DNA of 60,450 nt, counting the filler, from Hausera hauseri (Eukaryota): the NCBI GenBank assembly GCA_046269625.1. It is 11 parts of 11 records of this genome, joined end to end, with 100 filler letters (N's around TTAATTAATTAA, not from the genome) between each part and the next. Parts side by side here need not be neighbours in the genome. Positions count along the whole stretch, not along the records: positions 41,253 to 48,900 come from JBJURY010003235.1; positions 49,001 to 55,685 come from JBJURY010075437.1; positions 55,786 to 60,450 come from JBJURY010484242.1; 8 more parts are not named here. One strand, given 5' to 3'. The translations under genes were made by a program, and so were the position numbers. How positions within the stretch are numbered: the stretch's first letter is position 1; the number at the start of each line of letters is the position of its first letter. Positions 48,181-60,450 of this stretch are shown here, in pieces. Under the pieces are notes generated by a model that was not told where the DNA came from, did no database searches, and saw only the letters and a program-made list of their open reading frames with translations.

Positions 48181-48798
48181 CTAACTTGGTATTCTTTCGT
48201 GCAAGTTTAGAGTTTTTGGCACAACTGCAATTACAATGTAATTATGCCACTCCATTGCTAATATCCATCGAAAGAATTCTTCAACAGGTGGTGGTGCACA
48301 GGAAAATTTAGCGGAATTAAATTCTGGATTTGGAATGTATTCCTCACAAAGTTTTAGTATAACCGGAACTGGAATGTCGCCTTTATCATACTTTGGTAAA
48401 TATAACCAAAACCGTAGATCATTTAACAGCTTTGTTTTAGAGTTTGGTATATTTCTCATACTTTCGGGTTCGTCAGTAAATTCCTTAGTTTGTGACAAAC
48501 TCTCCGGAGAAGTACCTTTCTCTTTATGCAATCCAGTGCCTTGTGATTTATCCTCTAAATACAAAATACTACTACTTTCTAAAGTGTTTTCGTCTAGTTT
48601 GCCTAAATAATTTCGATTTGGTTCGATATTGTTTTTGCCTAAGTTTTTATTAATTGCTTGACAAACAAAATGTCCTTCCTTTTCGTATACACTCTCCTTC
48701 AACTGACTGGTAGCATTAATCATTAGTCTTTCTAAATTATCATTTTCTGCCTTACTTAGAGTTTTATGCTGAGTTTGAAGCATTTCATTCTCAGACAT
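48181..48798 (-). CDS. Unknown ORF at the 3' internal end of an LTR element
   Basis: 205-aa ATG ORF ending about 95 nt upstream of the PPT. Confidence 0.4.
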   Translation of the reverse strand: MSENEMLQTQHKTLSKAENDNLERLMINATSQLKESVYEKEGHFVCQAINKNLGKNNIEPNRNYLGKLDENTLESSSILYLEDKSQGTGLHKEKGTSPESLSQTKEFTDEPESMRNIPNSKTKLLNDLRFWLYLPKYDKGDIPVPVILKLCEEYIPNPEFNSAKFSCAPPPVEEFFRWILAMEWHNYIVIAVVPKTLNLHERIPS

Positions 48799-49729
48799 TA
48801 TGTTATAAAAAAACCACTATCGATTATTGCCGAGACAGTGACAGTCCAGGTGTTGATTTACATGTAAATTTGTAAATATTAAATGTAGTTTGCATGCATT
48901 NNNNNNNNNNNNNNNNNNNNNNNNNNNNNNNNNNNNNNNNNNNNTTAATTAATTAANNNNNNNNNNNNNNNNNNNNNNNNNNNNNNNNNNNNNNNNNNNN
49001 AGCAAGCACATAAATAGCATCTCGACTACCGCGCGATCGATCGAGACGTATCGACCAATTTTAAGGAAACCAAAAACTAATTTGAATTTCCGTAACAATA
49101 TTTCATTTCGTAAATTTTTAAATAATAATATTGATATTCAATCGAGGTTCGATGTCACCAATTGTGGTACTGTCTGTAATTCTGTCGATAATGTTTACAT
49201 AGGTTAAACGCTAACAGAGTCAAGTTGAGGATGATAATTCCAAAAAAATGAATCTAAGTTTCCAAAAGAGCACACTACGTACAAAGTTTATTTTCAACAT
49301 ATATAATGTGAATTGTTATATACAGAATAATTCAAAACTTAATCAATCATTAGTCATCAATCATTTCAATTCATGAATTTATTCAATGCTATGCACGATC
49401 CAAATGCAAACAAATAATGAGACATTATGGATTCGGCTTCACCAGTTTTACTTGTCAAAAACAATTGGAGTAAACTTGCAACAGATTCGAAATAAAAGAA
49501 AAAGTCCAAAATAACTCAATAAACAAGAAAGAAATGTTCATGCTTTACCAAAATGTTTTGACAAAAAAGAATTTGAAATTGTTCACACACAGTTAAGCAT
49601 TCAATAGTAACTTTTGCAAAATGTTTGAACAAATACTGTTGGCATACCTTTATCTAAGATGACAACTTTTGTGTTGTATAGTTACATGGTGGGGAAAAAC
49701 CTTTCACAGATCCGACAGCATCAACCAAT

Positions 49730-52700
49730 GTAACCACATCCTAGGCACTACACTGTCACCAGCGTTAATTCACTCGACAAAATCACTTCATTTAACACCT
49801 TTACAATTCTACCATTCTGCACCAAATACCAATTGACTTTACATCAGCAAACAATTCACAAATTGCATCTGCTACTACTCAAGCTGTTTCACCATCATCA
49901 CCGAATCCCTCACAGTTGCCTACAACTTTGCAGCAATTCGTCAACACATCATGTTCACGAGTACTTAAAAAAGATCGTACGTTTACTCCTGCAAACAGTA
50001 CTTTACACCACATAGTTACACAGCATGAACGACCAATACGCCAAAAGGTACGACCACTGTTATCTCGTCGTAGGCAGGCCGTAGAAGCCGAATTTCTTGA
50101 AGTAGAACGTTCCGGCATCGTACGCCGTTACAAATTTCCTTGGTAGTCACCTTTACATGTTGTACTAAAAATGGCGGCATTTTTAGACCATGTGGTGACT
50201 CCCGACAGTTGAACAATTTGACTATCATGGATGCGTACCCCCTGCCACTCATCAAGGATATATTGTATTGCTTTAATTCAACCGCAATTTATTCGACCAT
50301 CGATTTGACCAAAGAATATCACCAAATACCGGTGGCACCCGAAGACATAGAAAAAAACTGCTGTCACCACTCCTTTTGGTCTCTACGAATACGTGTTTAT
50401 GGTATTCGGTTTGCGAAATGCCGCACAAACATTTGAGCGGAACATCGATTCAATTCTCTCAGATTTCCCGTTTGCGCACCCTTACATTGATTATATTCTG
50501 ACCGTTTCGTCTTCAGCCAAACAACACGAGGAACAAATCCGCGCAATAGTCCAACGCCTCAACCACCATAATCTCCAAGTCAATTTTGTCAAATGCCATT
50601 TCTTCGTAAAGCGCATCAACTTTTTGGGCCACGTTATTCCACCAGATGGCCACTCTCCCCAACCAGACCAAGTTGAAGCCCTTAAGAATATCCAGCTACC
50701 ACATACGACCACTGAAACGCAAAGCTTCCTTGGTACGCTACACTTTGTACATAAATATGTTCCATATTGTTCTGATATTATAGCACCATTTGCACACTTA
50801 AGTGGCGGCAAAAAAAATTTGATAAGCTACGCGAAGGAATTAAGACTGTCGACATTTTCGCTTTCTCCAAGCCTGACGAGGAATTTATCCTTACCACAGA
50901 CGCTTCAACCACTGCGGTAGGTGCTCTGCTTCACCAAATCTACAAGGGAGAAAATAAACCGCTAACTTTTTCTCTCGTAATCTAACATCCCCTGAAACTA
51001 GATATTCAACGTCCGATCAAAAATTATTAGCCATCGTTCTCGCTTTAAAGCATTTCTACCACCTACTTGTCGCTTGCCATTTTACCATACATACAGATCA
51101 CAAAACCTTACTTAACATCATGACTATGAAACATCCTTCCACACGCCAAGAACGACACATATCATATTTGTCGACATTTAACTTCGACATAAGATATATC
51201 AGTGGAGTTAATAATTTGGTTGCCGATTTTTTATCTACGCCGGTTAGTTCGATTAATTTTTACGCAAGCTCAACTTTATCAGAACCAGTTACCTCAGGAC
51301 ATGCTTAAGTCTTTCAAGTCTTGCACAATTGTTGAAGGCGTGGCTTTAGACACCTCCAAACCAGGTCATTCCGTAATAATTCTTGCACATCGTTGCAAAA
51401 GCAAGCATTTAACAATGTACATTCGCTGCACCACCCCGGTGCTAAAGCTACTTTTCGTTTACTCCACCGACAAGTAGTTTGGCCATCAATACGTTCCGAT
51501 GTACATGCATGGGTTAAGGAATGTGTGGCTTGCCAAAAATACAAAATAACTAAGCATTTAAAACCACCGTTTCAAATCCGTGCATGTTGACATCGTCGGC
51601 CGTCTTCCTCCAGACAACGATCACCAATTCATTCTCACCATGATGGACCGTTCCTCGCGATGGCCAGAAGTCATCCCTCTGCGGAGCACAAATACCGACA
51701 CTATAGCTGACGTTTTCATTCGTACATGGATTAGCAGGTTTAGATCACCTCGCTCAATCATCACGGACCAAGGTCCACAGTTTGAATCCAACTTGTTCAA
51801 ATTCATTGCTAACCGATCTGGATCCATCACATACATACTAAGCCTTACCATCCCAATCGAATGGCCTTTTAGAGAGTTTCCACCGAACAGTGAAAACGTC
51901 ACTAAGAATCCAAGCAGAGTCCAACGGTAGTTTGACGAACCTTCTTCCCTTTGTTCTGCTTGGCTTGCGAACACTTTATCTACTTCTACAGGATGCTTAC
52001 CTACTGAAGCCTTATTCGGAGCCCCTGTACAATTATTATTCGAACTAACTGCTCTAGACGACAACCCTAAAGATGAAGCGATACGAGCGGCTCAAAATCA
52101 CTTTTTACGGTCAGCAGGGATTCATTCTGCAGGTTAATTCACAAAAACAAAACATATTTATCCGAAGACTTGTATTCGGCAAAATTCGTATAGCTAAAAA
52201 ATCAAACGTCGTGCGGTTTCCATCCGCGGTATCTGGGGATATATAAACGGCTATAGCTGCATTCGCACAACTCTATTATCTCTAAAGACGGCAAGGAACT
52301 TACAGTACATATTACCAACTTAAAGCCCGCCTTCTTTGTCGACGACACTTTACCAATCGACACATAAACCTCTTTTCTCACTCCTACACTTTCTACTACT
52401 CCTATATCCATTGCTACATATGTTCCACCTTCTCCTTCTGCTCCTAGTTTTAGTTCATTATTTTCCGCACATTCTATTTCCATTCCTATCTCTCCCCTTA
52501 TCTCCACCACTACCTCTGTTTCATTTTCTACCTCTACCCTTTCGCCTAATTCAATTCAAATTCCTACTCCTATTTCCGTCTCTCCTTCTCCATCCGTCAC
52601 TACGTCCTCTACAAATCCCTCATCTTCTGAAATTCTCTTGAACACCTTCTTTTATCCACCTTCAACAATCTGTCTTCCTCCTTCACTTTCTTTTTCTCTT

Positions 52701-52960
52701 CTTTCTGACCCGTCTTTGCATAACACAACACCCATGAAAAAATCTGACAATTTTCCCCAACTTCAAGCTCTGCAAGCAAACATATCGCATGCAGACAAAA
52801 AACGCAGAGTCATACTCAATATGTATAGCAGGGAAAAATCAGTAGACGGCACCCAACGTCTCGTTCAAACTAAGACCAGCTGACACAGACACTTTTTCGT
52901 TTGGCGATTTTTCTTTCTGTCTATTTTGCTCTTTTATAGTTTTAAACTTGCCATGGGGGT
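49730..52960 (+). mobile_element. pol: Decayed Gypsy pol (RT, RNase H, integrase) with S/P/T-rich tail and PPT-like GGGGG at about 52955
   Basis: RPCGD.RQLN, YP LP, IDL...YHQIP, FGLRNAAQTF, TTDAS..AVG, TDHK, HVDIVG.LP, ITDQGPQFES. Confidence 0.9.
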
Positions 52961-53339
52961 GATGTGTTGCCCACCGCGGCCGGTGCCCTTCGGCCCATTT
53001 GGTTGGGCACGGCATGGCGTCCGTTATCACAGCGTCTGATCAATAGGCAGGCCCGACTCTTCGCTCTGAGAATTTAATCCGTCGGATTGGACGAGAAGAT
53101 CATCAAAAACTTAATGGCATCTCTAAAACTGAACATAATATCGGTCGTTTGTCGTCCAAGGAAAAAAATGTGCTAATTGCAAATGAACATTGAAGAGTCA
53201 AACGATAAAGTGCAATTTAAAGTCATGGGTGCTGCTTCCATTTCTTCTTCTAGTCCTCCAGAATTAAACATAAATTCCTCTCCCGCATCTCAGAAACAAT
53301 CAACCGAAAACCCAATCACACAATCGGGTACAACGATAT

Positions 53340-54285
53340 AGGAATTATTCAAGGATTTCAAAGTGACAACCGATGCGGCATTTAACTTGAACAGGGCGAA
53401 TTTTAATTACCGTGTCCAGGAGAAATTTAAACTGAAGAAAGCGGAAACTACAGATTTATCAGAAAATCAAGAGCTGGAATTATTCTCTAATGCTTGCCAG
53501 GAAACCGTTGAGGAGTACGTTTCTGCGGTCGCCCCATGTTTCTCTCAGGAAATCTGGGATGATTTCAATTCATCTTTCTATACCACTTCCTGGCTGCTTC
53601 TGACTAGCGATTTAAATGTTCCGAATGCCGCCTACAAACGGCAAGAAACTTATTTACGTTCACAGATTCGACAATGGGAAAACGATCAGGGCATGAATTC
53701 ATTCAAACGACAGAAAAAAGTGGATCGGTTTAATACTTTGACTGAGCGATTGAAAGAGGAACAGAAACGAAGTGAACAGTACGTGAAAATAGTGGATTAT
53801 TGGCTGAATGCGGTGAAATCGAAATGGTTGTGAAAACGCGAGATGAATCAGAAAAAGCCATTGTGATGACCCGCTTCATTGAGTTGTGCATGTCTCCACG
53901 TGTCCGTTTTTTATCGAATAATGCCTTGTTCGTTGACCTCCAAATTACACCGAATAAAGTAGTTATCATTTTCTGCGCTAATTTGTTTGGATAGAATTTT
54001 CAACGACATTACTTTGATGATCACTGCATGTAGCGAAAACGAAGCCAGACGATATGGTCGATTCTTAGATTCAATGTTAACACTGACAATAAAATGGCAC
54101 TCGTCAAGAGAAGTATTCAACGATGAATGCATTACCCACCCGGGATAGCAATAACAAAGCCGATCAGTTAACGTACGAAAACTACCGACACGTACTTCAC
54201 AAATGGCATTATCGCGTTACGAAATCAATCGTTGCCTGCTTTGAATCGGAAAATTACGTTCAAATTCGAAATTTGTTAATTGTGT
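53340..54285 (+). pseudogene. THOC2: THO complex subunit 2 fragment
   Basis: WDD....[46 protein letters not shown]....C.E..NY..IRN.LIV. Frameshifts. Confidence 0.88.
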
Positions 54286-54367
54286 CGGATTTACTGATCC
54301 TTTCTTTTATATGTCATTTATTGTGACATTTTTTGTTTAAATAATACACAATTTGTAGTTCAATTGA

Positions 54368-54445
54368 ATCTTGTTTTACCATTTTGAAGAATTTGTTTTT
54401 CAGTTTTAATTTTCAGATTTTAATATCAAATCGCTTACAAATGAG
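54368..54445. repeat. ~77-bp direct repeat, second copy at 55609-55685 (scaffold end)
   Basis: ATCTTGTTTTACCATTTTGAAG...CGCTTACAAATGA occurs twice. Confidence 0.85.
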
Positions 54446-54899
54446 TGGATTTAAAAGTTCTTTATGCGTTGATATTTTAACTATTGATCGGCTTTTGTGC
54501 GCTTCATCCATTTATTACACGTTGCTTTGCACAATGATGGAAATTTCGGATTATCTATTCGGCTATCCAATTCAGTTTGACCAGCTATCTTCGGTACCCA
54601 AATTTGAAACCGAAGAGAGAATTCTACTTGCGGCAGATTTATTTGGAACTATGTCATGTGTATTTGATTTGTTTTTTATGGAAAAGCGAACAAAACACGG
54701 TTTTGACTGTGCTTGTACAATTAACAATAGAAACAATAACGAGGCTCTCATTTTGTCTTTCTGTAAATCGTACTTGTTCGTTTCTGTCCCGAAACATTTC
54801 CTTATTTATGAACCTCCATACATTTTCCTCTGTTCTTTCCTTAATTTTTTCATTACCTTGTAAATTTCTTTGAATATTTTGGGAGTCTTTGGGTTTGTT

Positions 54900-55600
54900 T
54901 AAAATAAAGCCCCGACTGGCTACACTTCTGAGGCTCTGCCTTTAGGGTTGTCGACTCTGTGATAGATTCTTCATAATCTTCATAAATATTAAAACGTATA
55001 GATGCATGCTGTTCAACCCTTCTCTACATATTTTCTGACCATACTCCATCCTTTTGAAATTGTCGTATACGTATTTAGTTCTCTTCTTCTCTTGTCCAAT
55101 TTTCTATAATATTCTTCTTCCCTGTGCCCTCTATTATGACATCTATTGCGTTTTATGTTTATGCAGTTTCGTCTTAGGTGTCCTTGCTGACCGCACCCAT
55201 AGCATATTATAAGTTTCCTTTCCGGGCAATTCCTGTTAATGTGACCTTCTTTTCCGCCACCAAAACATCTTGGTACTTGTTGTAGGTTGCATGTCCGGCT
55301 TGTATGCCCGTCTTTCTCTATTTTCTCTTTGATTTCTTCGACGCCTTTTCGGCAATGCGGTAGACTTCCTTTCTCATCTCTGGATTGGCGCATCAGTGGA
55401 TCATCAATTCTTTTGTTAGCGTTTCCAGTGTTAGAGAATGCTCTTCGACAGCTGTCCAATTTTGTTGAAGTAGGCGTCCGGTTCTGTCCCCCCCCCTCAT
55501 TATGTAGTTCAAGGCCTCATGCATATCTTCGCACAGCGTTGTGGGTTTTGAAAATGCTTTTCGCAACCGGTTTTGATACCCTTTTACCTTCTGGCTCACC
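54900..55600 (-). mobile_element. Gypsy family-K gag fragment
   Basis: YQNRLRKAFSK, CYGCGQQGHLRRNC. Homologous to 57600-58340. Confidence 0.8.
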
Positions 55601-57212
55601 AGATTTGTATCTTGTTTTACCATTTTGAAGAATTTGTTTTTCAGTTTTAATTTTCAGATTTTAATATCAAATCGCTTACAAATGANNNNNNNNNNNNNNN
55701 NNNNNNNNNNNNNNNNNNNNNNNNNNNNNTTAATTAATTAANNNNNNNNNNNNNNNNNNNNNNNNNNNNNNNNNNNNNNNNNNNNTATAAAAGTGACATA
55801 GACAATTAAAAAAAGGTTTACCGGATCAACTTTTGACAGCATATAAAGAAGATCTTTGAAATCAGTAAGTTTGGCAATAAAGCGTGTTTCAACAATCGTT
55901 TTAACAAATGTGACCAACTTAACAGATACTCGATCACGGTAGTATGGAATAGTCTGACAACTGGTACTGCTTATTTCAATTAATTGTGTCACACCAGACG
56001 GACTTTTCACGATACGTTCCAATCTATCCAATACCGGATGTTCAGATCCATTGATACCGGTGACGATTTTTCGAACCGATCCTCGAAAATTTTGACAAAT
56101 ATCAAAATCATCACAGATTTTCGGACAGGCCGGAAGATATACAAAACTCTTTCGCTGTCTTATCGATTCCAAAACATTCTTTCTCCATCTTTTAAAGTAT
56201 ATGCTTTTCTTCGAAAGAATAACAATCTCCTCTTCGCGCTGTTTCTTTTGCACATATAATTCCATATTCTTGAGTAACGACGCTGATTAGTAGTAATGTT
56301 ATACGTGAAATATACTTGAAAGAAGTCGTCAAGAACTTCAGAGGTAATGTTGGTACATAATTCACCGGATACAATAGTCTTACATTCTGTAATGTGATCA
56401 TGAACAATACGAACTACGCACTAAAAACGATTAAGTATGCAGGAAAAGAAATTTGGAATTTTTACATGTCGCAAAACATCTGCAAAAATCTTATTTTTAA
56501 TTTCTCTACACTGCTGGTCTTTAATTTGTTCAACTTTAACGATCTTTTCAACTTGAGATACTCCCTCCGATTCAATGTCATTTATTAAATCCTCCAATAC
56601 ATCACATGACATCTCTTCAATATCTTCTTCTGTGGGCTGATACTAAAGTTGGAAATGAAAATAAAATGTTTTATACAAAAATTTTTATATTTTAGATCGT
56701 TCTTCGATATAAGCAATCCTCTAAAAAGTTAATAATATAAATTTGGTGAGGTGACATTTTCGATGATTTTGAAATTATCTCGTATAAAATATGCAGAATA
56801 ATATGATAATATAGAAGCGTATGCATTGGTAGACAAAATAATGGAATGGAAATATTCAAAAACTGTTCGCTTGGAACTTGTTCAATTTCCTCCCATATGT
56901 AAAGTATCATAATGGAGTTTTATTAAATGTTCGGCCATTTTTTGACTAATTTCCGACTAATATCGCTTTATGTGCCGTTTGTGTAACTTGTACAAATGTG
57001 TGCGTGTTTAATTGGTCAAATCTGTAATATGTAGTATTATTAAAACCAGCATTCAATAATTTTGTTGTGAGAATTTTGATTCCGAGTAAAACTTCATTAA
57101 ATCCACATGGGCTTTTATATGAAATAGGCAGAAACATACAAATATAATGCTGATTAATAATACAAAAAACTTTTCCTAACAAAGTTAGAATAATACAATT
57201 AGAGTTTTGAAA

Positions 57213-60200
57213 TGTGACATTTTTTCGCACTTGTTCAAGTCTTTCCTCGCCACGTTTAGGAATTTTGAACTTTAACAATGTGAGGATATAATCGAGACAT
57301 GAAATTCTAAAATTAAATTAGTATTTGGAGAAACAATAAAATTTTCAACAATTGGTCTCACTTTGCAATGAGTAATTACAAACGATCAAATTCTGCTTTA
57401 GCGAACATACCAGGGGGGGCGGGGATTTTCCAACCCATAATAGACATTTTCACGAACCAGTTGTTCCCAAACAAATTCAGGAAAGGCGACGACGTGGAGA
57501 GGTTCATTAAGGGATGTGAAAATTCTTTAAATATATGAACACTCCGCGTCGAAGCGAAAAATCATGGTTGAATGCCTCTTGGAGGAAGAAGCACTAGAAA
57601 GATACGAGGCAGTAGATGGAAGGATAACAGGATATCAAAACCAACTACGGAAGGCTTTCGCCCGATCCTCAACGCTGGGCCAAGATCTGAAAGAGGCGCT
57701 CGAGTACAGAATGAATGGAGCGAAACCGGAGGCTTACTTCGAGGCAATCGCGAAACTTCTGGATTAAGTCATGAAGCACAATCTTTCACGCGAGGCTCTG
57801 AAAAAGGAACTATTGTTCCAATGTTGTAACAATAGAGAGATGAGAAGAGAGATATGCTTCAGTGACAAACGAGACGCGGAAACAATAAAGGAGAAAATAC
57901 GGAAGATACATGAGGTAAAGATTAAGAAGTCAACACGGTTAAGGAGTATCCGGGAGTCGGTATAAGAAGCTACCAGGAAGTGGCAGCACAAAATATCAGG
58001 AAACCCTTTCTTAGAATCAAGACGACGCCAACTAGACCGCCAAATGGTGGATTAAAGTGTTGGACATGCCAGAAGGAGAGACATATGAGCAGAAATTGCA
58101 CCACACGAAGATCGATTAAATGTTTTGGATGCAGAAAAGAAGGACACGTACGCGGGCAGTGTCCAGAAAGAAAGCCAGTAAGATGCTACGGATGTGGTCA
58201 GCTAGGGCACATCAGACGAAATTGTACAAACCTTAGCTGTGCAAGATGTCACCATAGGGAACATACCGAAAAGGAATGCTACACCAGATTGGAGGGGGAA
58301 AGGAACCGGGATGGAATATATACAACGTCAAAAGAAGGTACAAGGATAATCTGAACAGCAGACGGGGGGGAAGTCGCAAATGTAGAAGAAGAAGAAACAG
58401 AATCGGAACAGGAGTCATTTGCCCCAAAAGGCAGCTCCTCGATAGAAGTGGAGAAAATCGGAGCACTACAATAGATGCAGTCCACACTACGATGTGCGAA
58501 CGATAGCCCCTTAGATAGCTTGGGCACACTGACAACAGACGTAGAAATCAAGGGTCTAAGGAGACGTGTGACATTCCTGGTAATGTCGGAATTACGGCCA
58601 GAAATAATAGGTGGTATGGAACTGCAAAAGGCATTTAAAATAGAACTGGAGTGGAAACGCACGGAAACGGAAACATTACAGCAAGATATATGCAATCTGG
58701 AAGCCAAGTTCGGCTGTAAGGTGACTAACCAAGAATGAGTCAAACAGGGCGAAGGAAGCTCTTCAGGTGAGTAACAACAAAGAGCTACTCAACATTATAC
58801 AGAAATACCCAGATGTATTCATGGCCGACATGTGGGACATAGGGTGCACATCTCTTATAAAACACCAAATAGACACGACAGGAGCGCCAATTAGTATCAA
58901 ACCTCACAGGCAACCAGTAAACCTAGAAAAAATATCGACGAGACCATCTGAAACCTATGGGAAAACGACATTATCAAGCCATGTAACTCTGCATGGAATA
59001 CAACAATGATATGCGTATGGGAAAAAGACAAGAACGATGTCAGAATATGCCTTGACTTTAGACAGCTGAATCTTATAACGGAACGGCAGGTCTTCTCCAT
59101 GCCTAACGTGGTAGAGATATTGGACATGTTATACGGGACCAAATTTTTCACGTCAATCGACCTAGGGAATACATACTACCAAGTCGAGCTAGAGGAAGAC
59201 CCCAAACTGAAGACGGCGTTTTCAATGAAATTGGGGCAGTTCTGTTTTAACAGGATACCATTCGGTATAGCAGCAGCTCCGGGCATCTTCCAAAAAATAA
59301 TGAATCAAGTACTAGGGGACATTTAATAAACAGTGGTATACCTAGATGACATACTAATCTTTTCTGAGATTCTAGAAGAGCATTATAGGATACTAGAAAA
59401 GGTATTTCAGCGGATAAGGGAAGCAGGTCTCAGAGTAAGCTCAGAAAAATGTCATACCCTAAAGAAAGAAATAAAATTTTAGGGCACATGGCGAATGACA
59501 AGGGAATACAGACAGACCCATCAAAACTGGGAGCAATTAAGTCCTTTGAGAAACCAAAATGTGTCAAGAATTTGAGAAGCTTCTTAGGGATCTTCAACTA
59601 TTACAGAAGATTTATCCAGGGTTACGCAGCAAAGGCCAAGACTTTGGAGCAACTATGCGGTTTGAATAACAAAAAACTAATACGGACCGAGCAATGTAAC
59701 GAGGCTTTCAAGTCAATGAAAGAGCCTTAGCCATACCCCCAATACTAGGTTTTCCTGATTTCAACAGAGAATTTATCCTCCATACGGACGCAAGCTTCGA
59801 CACAATTGGAGCGGTACTGCCACAGAAGGATACTTTGGGACGCGAGAGAGTGATTGCATACGGATCATACGCAATGAACAACCATGAAAAAGGTTAGTGT
59901 ATAACTCGAAAGGATCTACTGGCCATGTATTATTTCTGTCAACATTTCAAGCATCACCCATACGGGAAACGGTTCACATTGAGAACGGACCACAAGGCAA
60001 TAACGTTCATGGTAAAGACAAAAAAACGATAACGGCCCAATTTCAGACGTGGATCAATTACCTAGCCAGTCTAGACATCAACCTGGAGTACAGAAAAGGC
60101 ACAGATCACGCGAACGCAGATATGCTATCTCGCACGAGTTGCGAAACATGCAGAGAATGTCTACAACAACATAACGACGCTAAAGTGCAGAAAAGCAAGA

Positions 60201-60450
60201 CTCGGCGGATAAACGTCGTAGAAACAGCAGAAACATACAAATACCGGAAGGACATCAAAGAAATCGAAGAAATAAAAGAAAGCATTGCCCGAAGAAAGCA
60301 AGAAAGATTTATACTAGAAGATGGAATAATAAAAACACGAACAGGTAAGATTTGGATACCAACGAACAGACGGGTAGAAATGATAACGCATAACCATGTC
60401 ATGCTGTCCCACGCAGGATCAGAAAAGGTAACAAAATACATTGACAGTAA
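57213..60450 (+). mobile_element. Gypsy element (family K): shortened 5' LTR 57213-57350, gag with four CCHC knuckles, RT, RNase H, start of integrase
   Basis: CWTC/CFGC/CYGC/CARC knuckles, RICLDFRQLN, PFGIAAAPG, YLDD, TDASF, RTDHKA, HANADMLSR. Stops and frameshifts. Confidence 0.93.

Noticed and set aside
55609-55685. 77-bp repeat as an LTR or TSD
   Set aside because: No TG..CA ends, and it terminates at a scaffold end. Possibly an assembly overlap.
55786-57200. Minus-strand coding remnants
   Set aside because: Looks like a decayed gene, but no family could be recognised.
1-60450. CRISPR arrays, rRNA or prokaryotic operons; many short antisense ORFs in the track
   Set aside because: No repeat-spacer array or rRNA motifs were seen. 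The antisense ORFs are shadows of the real coding strands.

Overview
This is not contiguous DNA. Eleven short scaffolds (about 4-8 kb each) are joined by ten artificial 100-nt N44-TTAATTAATTAA-N44 linkers. The source is an AT-rich eukaryote using the standard genetic code, with ~40-nt introns; a Nin/Deu-like SINE suggests an animal. The window is dominated by decayed mobile elements: several Ty3/Gypsy LTR elements, a Maverick/Polinton (pPolB, ATPase, integrase, two minor capsids, major capsid) plus scattered Maverick-like termini, a tandem NeSL/Utopia-like non-LTR element with two Ulp1 domains, a mariner transposase and a SINE. It also contains host pseudogene fragments (PP2A-A, mitofusin-like GTPase, alpha-tubulin, THOC2) and two apparently intact host genes (a Ser/Thr kinase and a SUMO-like-domain protein). 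Highlights: (1) a pol-less Gypsy-type element with a tRNA-His PBS, gag, an unknown AT-hook ORF and a chuvirus-like glycoprotein with an open ectodomain; (2) a divergent TBP-like gene inside a Maverick-type terminal repeat; (3) a multi-branched RNA structure with GNRA and UUCG tetraloops at the 5' end of the non-LTR element. All protein calls come from motif recognition by eye; no database searches were run.
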